Positions 39,388 through 50,059 of a stretch of DNA of 64,000 bases are shown here, piece by piece. Source of the DNA: Candidatus Latescibacterota bacterium (lineage in GTDB: Bacteria; Latescibacterota; UBA2968; UBA8231); NCBI GenBank assembly GCA_965197905.1, contig CBDAOB010000005.1, positions 1,760,001-1,824,000 on the forward strand, written 5' to 3'. How positions within the stretch are numbered: the first letter of the stretch is position 1; each line of letters begins with the position of its first letter. Under the pieces are notes generated by a model. The model ran no database searches, was not told the origin of the DNA, and saw only the letters and a list, made by a program, of their open reading frames with translations. A program made the translations under genes and the position numbers.

Positions 39388-41558
39388 TGTTTGCCTAATT
39401 CAGCGATACGATGCTCGACATGTCGCCGACGATCGTCCCTCCCATCCCAAATCCTTAGAAATGCTTGATAAACCTCCACTGCTTCGGTCGTCGAACCGGT
39501 TTTGTCAAGGCTCATAGCCAGCCCGAAGAGTGCCCTCTCATATTGCGGGCGTATCTCCAACGCCCTCCGAAACTGTCCGATCGCGTATTCGAGCTCCGCG
39601 TTGTCAGCATGAAGCTCGCCGAGTGCGGCGTGCGGCCTGGCATCGGTTGCGTCCAGCTCGGTTGCGCGTACAAAGGCGGCTTGGGCGCCATCCATCTTCT
39701 TTTGTTTCCGGAACGCTCGACCCAGGTGGTAATAATGCGCCGCGGACCCACGCCCCTGGGCGATCGCACTTTGCAAGACACTCGCTGCCGTGGAAACGTG
39801 GCTCAGCTGGAGGTGGGTGGTGGCGATGTTGATCTCTACTTCTCCTAGTTCCCTGGGCGATCTGGCAATCGCCTGCTGGTAACGCTCCAGAGCAAGCTCA
39901 TGTTTTCCTTGGGCGGACAGCACGTTGCCTAAATTGTTGTAGGGCTCTGCGAGTTTCGGGGCTAGCTCAATCGCTTTCGCGTACGCGCTTGCGGCTTCGT
40001 CGAATCTCTTCTCCTCCATGAGAATTAAGCCGTAGTTGCTCCAAGTGCTACCCTTGGCCCCATCTATACTAAGAGCCTTCTCGAACATTTGTGCCGCCGT
40101 GTCGATTTCACCCATCTTGAAATGAGCATCCCCGAGGTTGACATAGATTTCGTCGTAGTTGGGATACCAGCGCAGCGCCTCGTGGTACCACCGAATCGCC
40201 TCATTCAGATCGCCATTCTCGTGGTACAACGTCGCGACATTGTTGTAGGCATCGCCGTGGCGTGGATCGATTTCGATCGCTTTGCGGTACGCATCCAATG
40301 CTTCATCGTCCCGCCCATCCATCTGCAGAGCTCTTCCGTAGTTGGCGTGCGCCCTGCGCATCGTCGGCGCTTTCTCGACTGCATCTCCCCACAAGGTCAG
40401 CTCGTTCGCCCATATGCGGTTCCGCGCCGCCGTCTGCAACGCCAGCAGTACCAACAGGGCGACCGCTATCGGTTTCTGCACCCGGCGCAGTGCGTACGCG
40501 AAAATCCATGCTGATCCTGCAACTACCAGGTAGAGACGTCGCTCGTTGACCAGCATGTTAAGCGGCATGACCGAGGCGGGTAACAAGACGACGAGATTCC
40601 ACAGTATGAAGAAGCTCAAGGGGGGACGGCGCCCCCATTTCAAAGCCAGTAGGACCAATCCGACCACGAGGAAAAAACCGAGAATCACCACGGCTTCCTG
40701 CCAACTGTTCGACGCCCGGAACTGATGCTCCACGTTGAGTCTGTTGGGGACAAAGAGCAACTGCAGGTAGTACGGGATCGCTTTCAGCTGGGTCCACACC
40801 TGAGTATCTACGGATCGAACCGGAGCCCCAAGTGATTTGGGTAAGAATCCGGAGAGCCACAAGACAGACGTATATAAACCCAGCCCGATCCAATAGGGAG
40901 CGTGCAGCCCAATGAACGGGCGCCAGACGAATCTCGCCGAGTTGAGCCGCCGTTGCGACAGGTCAAAGACGAGTAGAACCGCTGGCAGAGTCGCGACCGT
41001 CGCCTTGGTCAGCAAGCCCAGCGTGCATGCGATCACCGCCTTCCAGCATCCGCCCACTCTGCCGCTGTCGCGATGGATGGCGAAATAGTAGAAGGAACCC
41101 AGATAGCAAAGGGCCGCCAGGCTTTCGCTGCGGCTGCTGACGTAGTTGACCGGCTCTGTACAGATGGGATGTACGGCGAAAAGGAGCCCGCAAAGCAGGC
41201 CTGCCGATCCTCCGATCAACAGACTCCCTATCCGGGCAACGAAGATCGAGCAACCCAGATGAATCAGCAGATTCACCAGGAGATATCCCCATACCTCGTA
41301 TTCCCCTGCCGCGTAGTTCAGGGCGAAAGTCGCCAACAAGACCGGTCGATACATCCCCTTTTCCCGGTCGGTGGAAAACAGCTCCATGTCGGTGAAATAT
41401 GCGGGAATATTTGCCAGGCTGCGGACAGCCGAATTCTCCACTATGGAGTGAAAATCGTCGTAGTGGAATGAACCACTCAAAGAATTGGTGTAGCAGGCAA
41501 AACACGTGAGAGCGATCGCGATGATCTGCCTGGATTCCCCGCCTGCCCTCAATCTCAC
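39384..41558 (-). CDS. TMTC-like GT-C glycosyltransferase + long TPR tail (paralog 5)
   Basis: FHYDDFHSI, GMYRPVL, EPVNYVSSRSE, NERRLYL, TPRs. Confidence 0.85.
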   Translation of the reverse strand: MRLRAGGESRQIIAIALTCFACYTNSLSGSFHYDDFHSIVENSAVRSLANIPAYFTDMELFSTDREKGMYRPVLLATFALNYAAGEYEVWGYLLVNLLIHLGCSIFVARIGSLLIGGSAGLLCGLLFAVHPICTEPVNYVSSRSESLAALCYLGSFYYFAIHRDSGRVGGCWKAVIACTLGLLTKATVATLPAVLLVFDLSQRRLNSARFVWRPFIGLHAPYWIGLGLYTSVLWLSGFLPKSLGAPVRSVDTQVWTQLKAIPYYLQLLFVPNRLNVEHQFRASNSWQEAVVILGFFLVVGLVLLALKWGRRPPLSFFILWNLVVLLPASVMPLNMLVNERRLYLVVAGSAWIFAYALRRVQKPIAVALLVLLALQTAARNRIWANELTLWGDAVEKAPTMRRAHANYGRALQMDGRDDEALDAYRKAIEIDPRHGDAYNNVATLYHENGDLNEAIRWYHEALRWYPNYDEIYVNLGDAHFKMGEIDTAAQMFEKALSIDGAKGSTWSNYGLILMEEKRFDEAASAYAKAIELAPKLAEPYNNLGNVLSAQGKHELALERYQQAIARSPRELGEVEINIATTHLQLSHVSTAASVLQSAIAQGRGSAAHYYHLGRAFRKQKKMDGAQAAFVRATELDATDARPHAALGELHADNAELEYAIGQFRRALEIRPQYERALFGLAMSLDKTGSTTEAVEVYQAFLRIWDGRDDRRRHVEHRIAELGKH

Positions 41559-41559
41559 T

Positions 41560-43403
41560 TTACCTCTGCGCGGATGGTTTACTCGTTGGTTTTATCGCCG
41601 CAGCTCGCTTGAGTGCGTTCCTGGCATCATCCCTCCGACCGAGTCGGGCGTACAGCCCACCCATATTCAACCAGGCCTCCGCGTACTGCGGATCGAGGCT
41701 TACGGCCTCGGCGTACGCCGCTTCTGCGTTATCGTGGGATTGCATCATCTGGTGTGCGTTCCCTGCGTTGAGCCAACTGCGCGGGTCGGAGGGTTCCACC
41801 TCGATAGCCTTCATATGATGGATCAATGCTTCGTTCGGTTGGTTCAACAACTGGTAGAGATTCCCAGATTGTTCCGTAGGCCACCATCTTCGGGGTCGAG
41901 TTCAACGGCTCTGAGATAGGCATCGCGGCTTGCGTGAAAGTCCCGACTTCGCCGGTGCTGCTCGCCCAACGCTTCCCATAGATCGGCATTCTCAGGAATC
42001 GCCGCCACTCCCCTTCTCAATACCCCAACGGCAGCTCTCTCATTGCCGTGGGCCCGATGCAGCACGGCGAGACGGATATAGGCCGGCCCAAATCCAGGAT
42101 CTCGTATCAATACCGTCTCGAACTCCTTCATGGCCCTTGCGAGATTTCCATCCTCGAAATGTGCATCACCTAAGAAGATGTGAGGCCGTGCCATTAGCGG
42201 CGCTTTAGAGGCGGCATCCTCCCATAGGTCATAGGCGCTTCCCCACACCGTGTTCCGCTGTGTCGTAGCAACCCCGAGCAGTCCGATCAAGACCACAGGT
42301 ATCATGCCCCGTATTCGACGCCGCCCGTGGGACGACCCAAACCGCTTCAACGTCAACCCGGCTACGAGCGCGAAAGAAACCGAGGGAAGGTATAGCCGGT
42401 GTTCGTTAACGAGAACGTTTAAAGGGATCAACGAGGATGGCGCCAGTACGATCAGGAACCAGGCTATACTAAACAGATATATCGGTTTGGAACGGGCAGC
42501 ACCAAAGGCCACAAAAAGGAGAGACAAGACAAACAAACCAGCGGGACCCGAGATCGGGTCAAACGGAGTATCCGATATGAGGAATTGGTGATCGATAGTC
42601 AGTCCGGTGGGAACAGCCAGCAACTTCAGATAGAATACCAACGCCTTTATCTGCGTAGAGATCTGCTCTGGAAGCGAGCGCACCGGAGCCCCAAGACTTG
42701 CTTTGTGCAGGAAGCTCCACACGATCCACAGATAGCCTGCAGCGAGAACAGCCAGAGCCGCATAGAGGGCCGTCCTACCCTCCCGTCCCGTCCTGCAGCG
42801 GATCAATAGATCGCGAGTCCACAGAACCGCTGGCAATACAAACACGATCGATTTACTCAGTAGGCCGGCGGCGAAGGCGCCCCACACACTTGGGTATCTA
42901 TAGGCGCCGCCTTCCCTGATAGTGGCAAGGTGAAACGCCAACAGAAAAAACAATGCGGCGAGGATCTCAGATCGACTGCTGATGTAGTTGACCGCCTCGG
43001 AGTTCACCGGATGTACGCCGAAAAGAAGGGCACCAATCAACGCCGGCTTGGTTTCGTTCAACAGCGCCCGCCCCAATACAAAGACCAACAGTCCACATAG
43101 ACCGTGAATAACCACGTTGACGAGGTGATAGCTCCACGTCTTCCTGCCGCTGATTGCGTAGTTGAAAGCAAACGTCGAAAGTAGCAACGGGCGGTACATC
43201 GCACTCTCCGGAATCTCCGAAAATAGCGTCGGATCGGAAAAGAATTGGGGAACGTTAGCCAACGAGCGAATGTGTGGATTGTCTGCTATGGAGTGAAAGT
43301 CATCGTACTGGAACGGATTCGACAGCGAGTTCGAGTACACCAGGACCGGCGCGAGGAACACGAGCAAGATTTTCCAACGTTCTACGCTAGACAAGCTACT
43401 CAT
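41560..43403 (-). CDS. TMTC-like GT-C glycosyltransferase + TPR repeats (paralog 6), 1-bp frameshift at ~41862 in the TPR tail
   Basis: ORF 41844..43403 continues as 41560..41850; adding one base gives NNLG-NLYQLLNQP. Confidence 0.8.
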
Positions 43404-45287
43404 TCAACCTCGTTCGAGTAATCGGTCCGTGATCCAAGCTCGCCAATTCTCCACCTAACGTGGTCGGCAATGGCGTCATCCCCATCCCACAGGGAGAGAA
43501 AAAGACGGTGGTTGGACACCGCCTGGGCTAATCGATTGCTGTGTTCCATGAGCAGCGCTAGATTGTAGTACGGTTTGGCGTATGACGGATCGATCTCGAT
43601 GGCGCGCAGGTAAGCAGCCTCCGCCTCGTCGAGCCGTTTTTGTCCTTCGAGCGCACCGCCCAGGTTGAAATGAACGGTCGCCGCCCGATCGTCGATCGCC
43701 AGCGCCTGCCGAAACGCGCGCGCCGCTTCTCGGAACCGGTTCATCCGCAGAAGCGTGGTGCCCATGTTGTTGAACGTTTCCTCTCTGTTGAGGCTTCGAG
43801 ATAGCGCAGCTTGGTAAAGTGCCAAGGCCTCGGCCAAGCGGTCCTGCCTACCCAGCAACGTAGCGAGATTTATCTGCGCCTCGAGATTTCCCGGCTGCAA
43901 TTCCAACGCCCGGCGAAAACTCGCTTCGGCTTGCTGCGGCTGTCCAGAGTCCATCTGGACAAGGGCGCGCTTCCCCCAGGCCGCTGAACTTTCGGGCTCC
44001 AACGCAAGAGCCCGGTTGATCACCCTCTCCGCTTTCTCGACCTCACCGGCGGTCCGGAACAAACGTCCCAGATTCAACAGCGGGCGACTCATGAGCGGAG
44101 CCTTCATCTGGGCATCCAACCAAAGGCTCTGCTCGGTCGCCCACACCTTGTTTCTGTCAACCGTCAATAGGAGAAGCGGAATGACGCAAATGCCGGAGAG
44201 ACGGACGGCGAGGGTCTTACGCTCCAGTCGGGATAGCAACCACGCGGCCAAACCAATCGCTCCGGCGAGGACCAGGTAAAGACGTCTCTCATTTACCAGA
44301 ACATTCAACGGCACAACGAACGTGGGCAATGAGACGATCGTTATCCACGCGATCCAAAAAAAACACCGAGGTGACCACCTGCCTACGCCGCCAAGTCAGC
44401 ACCAGAACTAATGATATCACACCCAAAGCTGGCCATACGATCGCAAACGGCTTCGCGGCGCTCGCCTCGAAGAACTGGTGCTCGACACTAAGTGAGAAAG
44501 GAGACACGATCAGCGTCGCGTAGTAGACAATGGCCTTCAACTGGGTAGCCTACTGAACCCACATCGAACGCAGCGGTGCGTCCATTACCGCCTCACGAAG
44601 AATCCCCTGCACCGCGAGCAGGTAGATAATTGCGATCGCCGCGTGCGGGATCAATCGCCTTAACCTGAGATTCAGCGCACGATTCCCGAAGTGGTCGTGG
44701 CAAAATAGAAGGGCAGGAAGTCCGATTACGGTAGATTTGGCCAGAAGGCCCAACCCGTAGCAACAATAGGAAAGCACTGGATACCCTTCCTTCTTCCTTA
44801 TATAGCCGTACAATGCGGCCAGGAAAAAGAATGCAGCCAGTGACTCGGACCTGCTGCTGATGTAGTTGACCGGTTCGGTCGTGAGGGGATGAGAAGCGAA
44901 CACCAAAGCCGCAACCAGGGATGCTGGTTTGCCAGTCCCAAGCTGTAACAACAGAAAATAGAAGGCAATTGCAGACCCGGCGTGAATAGCCAGATTGACC
45001 AGATGGTATCCTCCGACGTCATATCTGCTGAAGCGGTAGTTCAGCGCATAACTGACCAAAACCAGAGGGCGGTACATATCACTACCGACGTTTCTCGAGA
45101 AAAGGCTCGGATCTACGAAGAACGACGGGATGTTCTCTAACGCGCGAATATGGGGATTCTCGAGAATGGAGTGTTCGTCGTCAAAATGAAAACTGTTTTC
45201 GAGGCTATTTGAAAAGGCAACTGCGCACATGACCGAAACGAATAATACGGCGACGATATGTCGTTGAAGATCGGATCGAGGTGCCAT
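43400..45287 (-). pseudogene. TMTC-like GT-C + TPR (paralog 7), interrupted by an in-frame TAG (44550-44552) and a frameshift in a T8 tract (44356-44363)
   Basis: Three consecutive ORFs 44550..45287, 44289..44540 and 43400..44329 rebuild one paralog: FHFDDEHSI...MWVQ*ATQLKAIVYY...VFF/WIAW...NERRLYL. Confidence 0.8.
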
Positions 45288-46465
45288 CAGAGTTCCAGCA
45301 AACGTCTTCCAAGGGCAAGAAAGTGGGGTTCAGCGGCATATTTGTGCCGCTCACGCATCAGATTCAGATGCATGCGCTCACGGACTTTGAAATCAAGCAT
45401 GGTGACCAGTCTTTCGGCAACCGTCTCGGGCGACTGAGGATCGGCTACCAATCCGAAGTCCTCCCGTTCGATCAGTCCCTGGGCGCTGCCCTGAGGCAAT
45501 GCCCCCAGAACGGGACGGGCATGTGCGATGTGCTCGTAAAGTTTACCTGGAATGGCGTAGGCATAGTCGGAGGAAGCTAGCGAGAGATAACATATGTCGG
45601 CCGCGATTAGTTTTGCACTCACCTCTCCTGCATTGAGATACCCCCCGTACTTAACTATCTCATTAAAGCGGGATCCCAGGCGATTTCGTCGATAGTGATT
45701 GTCCGGGCCGTAGATTATGATCTCAAACCTCTGGGTGTATTGAGGTTCCCGCGCGCGCAAGATCTCCACCGCATCGAAGATTACTTCAAGTCCCTGGGCG
45801 CCCGATATCGAGCCGATGTATACAATCCGAACCTTCTCCTCCTCGCAGTAAGACGTCTCTTCCGGGATCTCCCAAAACCCATTTGGCGTCAATTGAACGT
45901 CCTCGCGGTTCAGGTCGTATCGACCAATGAGATTGTCTGCTACCTCCTGAGTGGCCACCGAAATAACGGAGGCCTGCTGGACAACCCATTTCTCGCACCA
46001 GTGTGCCCACGGAGATTGCAGCCCTTTCGCGAGGCCGCGGTATTCATCCCTGAAATCGAGCACTAATCTTGCGCCGGTATCGCGTGCTGCCATAGCCGCT
46101 GCGAGATGATCTGTTACGGGCGGATAGAGGCTGAAAATCACGTCATTTGACGATGAAGCGATGCGGGCTGCGGCACGTGCCGCGGGCCGCAGCCAATTGA
46201 TATGGGGACACGGCGCGAGACCGGTTCTAAAAAGTACTTCGCCGGTCAAATACCAGGGAATCGCTCGCGGTCGGTGCACTGGAATATCGTCGGTGGCCGG
46301 AAGGGTATCTGGATCGTTCACAAACGATCCGAGCGCACGCGAGACGTTGCCGTGGGCTACGATTTCTACGTCACAGCCGGCGTCGGCCAGGTATCGTGCA
46401 AACTGATAGCGTCTGTAGGTCCGGGCCAGAGGCGGAAAATAGCAGGTTACGAAACATACCTTCAT
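45287..46465 (-). CDS. Glycosyltransferase family 4 (GT-B)
   Basis: MKVCFVTCYFPP, LDFRD, YIGSI, PGKLYEH..HARPVL. Confidence 0.88.
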   Translation of the reverse strand: MKVCFVTCYFPPLARTYRRYQFARYLADAGCDVEIVAHGNVSRALGSFVNDPDTLPATDDIPVHRPRAIPWYLTGEVLFRTGLAPCPHINWLRPAARAAARIASSSNDVIFSLYPPVTDHLAAAMAARDTGARLVLDFRDEYRGLAKGLQSPWAHWCEKWVVQQASVISVATQEVADNLIGRYDLNREDVQLTPNGFWEIPEETSYCEEEKVRIVYIGSISGAQGLEVIFDAVEILRAREPQYTQRFEIIIYGPDNHYRRNRLGSRFNEIVKYGGYLNAGEVSAKLIAADICYLSLASSDYAYAIPGKLYEHIAHARPVLGALPQGSAQGLIEREDFGLVADPQSPETVAERLVTMLDFKVRERMHLNLMRERHKYAAEPHFLALGRRLLEL

Positions 46466-48270
46466 TGCTTAGCCGTGCGCGCCTCGCCGGCGCGAGCCTG
46501 CTGGACGAATTTCCCGTACTCGGCTTCCTTGCCAAGCAGGTTTACAGCCCGACCAAACGCAGCGTGGGCTCGATCGGACTCCCCGTTCCCTTCAAACATG
46601 CGAGCCAGATTCAACCATGCCCCACCCAACTCTGGATCCTGGGGTTGCGGCCAATACAACGAGTCCGCGACAGCAAGCTCGTACTGCGCCAACGCCGCAT
46701 CGCGGTCTCCCTGAGCCTCGTAAGCCTGTCCCAAATTGTTTCTCGCTTTGACAAAACGGGGATCAATTTCCAGGGCCCTCGCGAATTGGGCGCCCGCTTT
46801 TTCCGCCTGTCCGGTACCCATGAATAGATTCCCGATGTTGTGATAGACCCCGGGAAGCTGAGAATTGTATGTCAGAGCTGTCCGGTACGCCGCCTCCGCC
46901 TCCTGGATTTTGGCTTGCTCGCTCAGGATATTCCCTTTGAGTACCCAACCCTCCGCGAAGTCCTGACGTAGTTGCAGTCCGGCTTCCAATTCAGCTAGTG
47001 CCTTGGCCGACTCCCCCCTTTTGTGGTATGCGATAGCCAGGTTCAATCGCGAACGCGGCATCAACGGTGACTTGCTCACAGAATCTTTCCATATAGTGAC
47101 CTCATCACTCCAGACCTCGTTTCGGCCAATGCTCAAGAGCGAAAACAGCACGCATAGAATACCGCCGATGACCATGGCGGATGTCGGTTTTACCCGAAAC
47201 AACTGATACCACGCCCACACGGAAATCAGCAAGATTCCGGCACTGGACAGGTACACCCTACGCTCGCTCACAAGGATATTCAGAGGCACGATGGAGGCAG
47301 GAAGAAGCGTAATCAAGAACCAGCCGATTCCAAATCTAAGATACCTGTCACCCACCTTGAGGATGAAGAGAACCGATGAGCCCAGGAACAGGGCCGATAA
47401 AACCACAACAGGCCCCAGCTGCCGGCCACTCTCAACAAACTGATATTCGATGTTCAGATTGATAGGAACGACAGACATCCAGACGTAATAAACCAATGCC
47501 TTTAGCTGCGTGAGCAGCTGGATATCGATCGCACGAGGCATCTTGTCGATGGAGCTCTGAACGTACCGGTTGCTCCAGATTACCACCACATAAAGGAGCG
47601 AGAGAAGTGTCAGCGTCCAATACTTATTCCATTCAACGCCTATGGCGCGAGCGGTCTTCGAAACACCGAAACGGCTCGATTCCCAGGCGAAAGTGGCAAG
47701 GGGGATGGTGATTGCGACCGATTTGGAAAGGAGCCCCGTGACAAATATGAAATGTCCGAGAATTAACGATCGGACGCTAACCCCTAATAAGAGCGTTGTG
47801 GCGGATAAGTAGCAGAGCGAAACGAGCAGGTCCGAACGACTGCTGAGGTAATTGATCGGCTCACTATGTAGTGGATGCACGAGAAAAACCAACCCGGTTG
47901 CGATGCCCAGGACCTCGGATCCCATTTTGCGGAGCAACAGGAACAGACCGAACGAGCAGAGTATGTGGAGTACCAGGTTTGTGACTCTGTAACCCCACAC
48001 CTCTTGGCCATGCAGGGCATAGTTCAAAGCAAGGGAGATGGAGGTCAGTGGCCGAAACATGTACCCATTGGGCTGGCTCGAAAAGGTGTGTGGATCGAGC
48101 ACGAAACGCTCCATCTGATCCAACGACCTGATGTGGGGATTGTACTGGATAGAATGGAAATCATCGTACTGGAAAGGATTTGACAGGGAATTGAAGTATA
48201 GGGCCGAGCCAATAGCGGCAAGAAGTACGAGAACGGCAATGAATCGCAGAATAGGTGCTCTATTTTTCAA
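46462..48270 (-). CDS. TMTC-like GT-C glycosyltransferase + TPR repeats (paralog 8)
   Basis: FQYDDFHSI, YMFRPL, EPINYLSSRSD, SERRVYL, TPRs; start placed at TTG 48270 next to the upstream stop. Confidence 0.85.
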   Translation of the reverse strand: MKNRAPILRFIAVLVLLAAIGSALYFNSLSNPFQYDDFHSIQYNPHIRSLDQMERFVLDPHTFSSQPNGYMFRPLTSISLALNYALHGQEVWGYRVTNLVLHILCSFGLFLLLRKMGSEVLGIATGLVFLVHPLHSEPINYLSSRSDLLVSLCYLSATTLLLGVSVRSLILGHFIFVTGLLSKSVAITIPLATFAWESSRFGVSKTARAIGVEWNKYWTLTLLSLLYVVVIWSNRYVQSSIDKMPRAIDIQLLTQLKALVYYVWMSVVPINLNIEYQFVESGRQLGPVVVLSALFLGSSVLFILKVGDRYLRFGIGWFLITLLPASIVPLNILVSERRVYLSSAGILLISVWAWYQLFRVKPTSAMVIGGILCVLFSLLSIGRNEVWSDEVTIWKDSVSKSPLMPRSRLNLAIAYHKRGESAKALAELEAGLQLRQDFAEGWVLKGNILSEQAKIQEAEAAYRTALTYNSQLPGVYHNIGNLFMGTGQAEKAGAQFARALEIDPRFVKARNNLGQAYEAQGDRDAALAQYELAVADSLYWPQPQDPELGGAWLNLARMFEGNGESDRAHAAFGRAVNLLGKEAEYGKFVQQARAGEARTAKQ

Positions 48271-50058
48271 CCGTTGGCAAAGTCTCCCGCATTTCTCGCA
48301 GCGCCTGCTCGGCTGTGCCTTCGAAGGCAGTCCCCCTTCCGGCAATACTGAGTGCTGCGAAGGCTTGGCGTGCTTCAACGTTCTTACCTAACCGTCGGTA
48401 GGCAGTGCCAAGCGCCAGCCAAGTTGCTGGATAACTCTCTATCTCCAAAGACGTCTTGAAGTTGCCTGCCGCCCCCTCGATCTTCCCCGAGACCAATTGC
48501 TGTAGCCCCAGCTTGTACAATCGCTGCGCTTCGGGGTCTCTTTCGTCTATTTGGAATGCCAGTAACCCCTCCAAGGCTTCACGCGACTTTCGATAACTCG
48601 GATCCACATCAAGAGCCTTTTGATACCAACTCACAGCTTCGGTGAATCTCCCATAGACAAGTGCATCGAACCAAGATTGTTAAAGATCACTACCTCGTCT
48701 CCAGCGCTTAAGACACCGGGGTGAACATCGAGAGCTGTTTGATAGTGCCTCAGTGCCATCTGGTCGCGACCAGCGTTGCGATGGTGGTCGCCCGCATAGA
48801 CGTGGGGTCGCGGCATTCGAGGTGATCTTCGAAGGGAATCGCCCCATAGCGATTCAGCGCTTTCCCAAACTACCATTCGACCGCGATCGAGAACGCTGTA
48901 GACAAGCAAGAGTGCGCCCACGGCGATCGCCACCACCGGTCGATCCGCAGCATGGACAGAGACTATGCCTACAACAACACCGAACGTTATCATGGGCAGG
49001 TAAAGTCGATGTTCATTTACCAAAACATTCAACGGGACGACGGTTGCGGGAAGGAGAAAAAGAACCGACCAAATTGCCCAAAAAAAAGAGAGCCGCCAAG
49101 ACGCTTGGTAGTGATCCCGATGACCGCACATGAGGCGAACACAAGCAGTGATCCGATTACTGCGAATTCAAAAAACGATGATGATAGGTTGAACTGGTGT
49201 TCCACGTTCAGGTTATGGGGAATGAAAAGGAGCTGAAGGTAATAAATCAGAGCCTTGGACTGTGTTGCCAGCTGCGTCACAAGGTCCCTGACCGGGTAGA
49301 AAACCAAAGCTTCGGCGGCCAAGTCTATCGTTACCGCAAGGTAGGCAATGGTCAGCGTCCAAAACGGCCAGTGCAATCGGGCACACAAACCCAATATTCC
49401 GATCAGCGACTCTCGTCGTTTTAAGTGCACCTCAAGAGCCAACAGCGCCGCAGGGACAACAACGGCGACGGACTTTGAGCCCAGCGCGGCGGCAAAGCAG
49501 AATACGCTTAGAACAAGGCGGATTTGAGGTGCGCTTGTAAGGCGAGCGTGCGTGTAAAGTACCAAGCCGCACAAACAGAACAAAGCACATAAGGATTCTG
49601 ATCGGGCACTTATGTAGTTCACCACCTCAGCGTTTGCAGGGTGGACGCAGAATATCGACCCGGCTGCGAGGCTTACTAGATAGTTTCGATTAACAGCCTT
49701 GACCAGGTGAAACACCAAAAGGCTGTTAAGCAAATGAATCCCGAGATTAGTCAAGCGAAAGAATGTGGGGTCGTATCCATGAATCTTGAAATTCAAAGCG
49801 TAGGTCAGCAGAACAAGGGGCCGGTACATCGCGCTGTTGGGGTCCTCGGAAAATAACCGAGCGTCCGCGACCTGGGCAAAATGCCAAGGAATTGCTGAGC
49901 GACCGGATGCTGGGATTCTCCACTATGGAATGAAAATCGTCGTACTGGAACGCCCCGGGAACAAAGATTCCATGGGCAGCAAAGCCCAGGCTAAGCAAAA
50001 GTCCATAGGCCACGAGGCAGTTTCCGAATCGAGGAGGGGCACCACCTGGCCTTACCAT
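48260..50058 (-). pseudogene. TMTC-like GT-C + TPR (paralog 9, most 5') with three frameshifts (~49874, ~49084, ~48651)
   Basis: Four ORF pieces carry in order FQYDDFHSIVENP / AMYRPL..EVVNYISARSE / NEHRLYL / TPR. Confidence 0.8.
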
Positions 50059-50059
50059 C

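Noticed and set aside
35508..43403. Recurring ATGAGTAR at gene junctions as a recombination or cassette site
   Set aside because: Explained by ordinary stop/start overlaps, also seen at unrelated junctions such as thrB/SLBB
31467..50058. CRISPR-like or DGR-like repeats suggested by recurring DNA words such as CTGCTGATGTAGTTGAC
   Set aside because: They encode the conserved VNYISS motif of paralogs spaced ~2 kb apart; no short regular array, cas gene or reverse transcriptase
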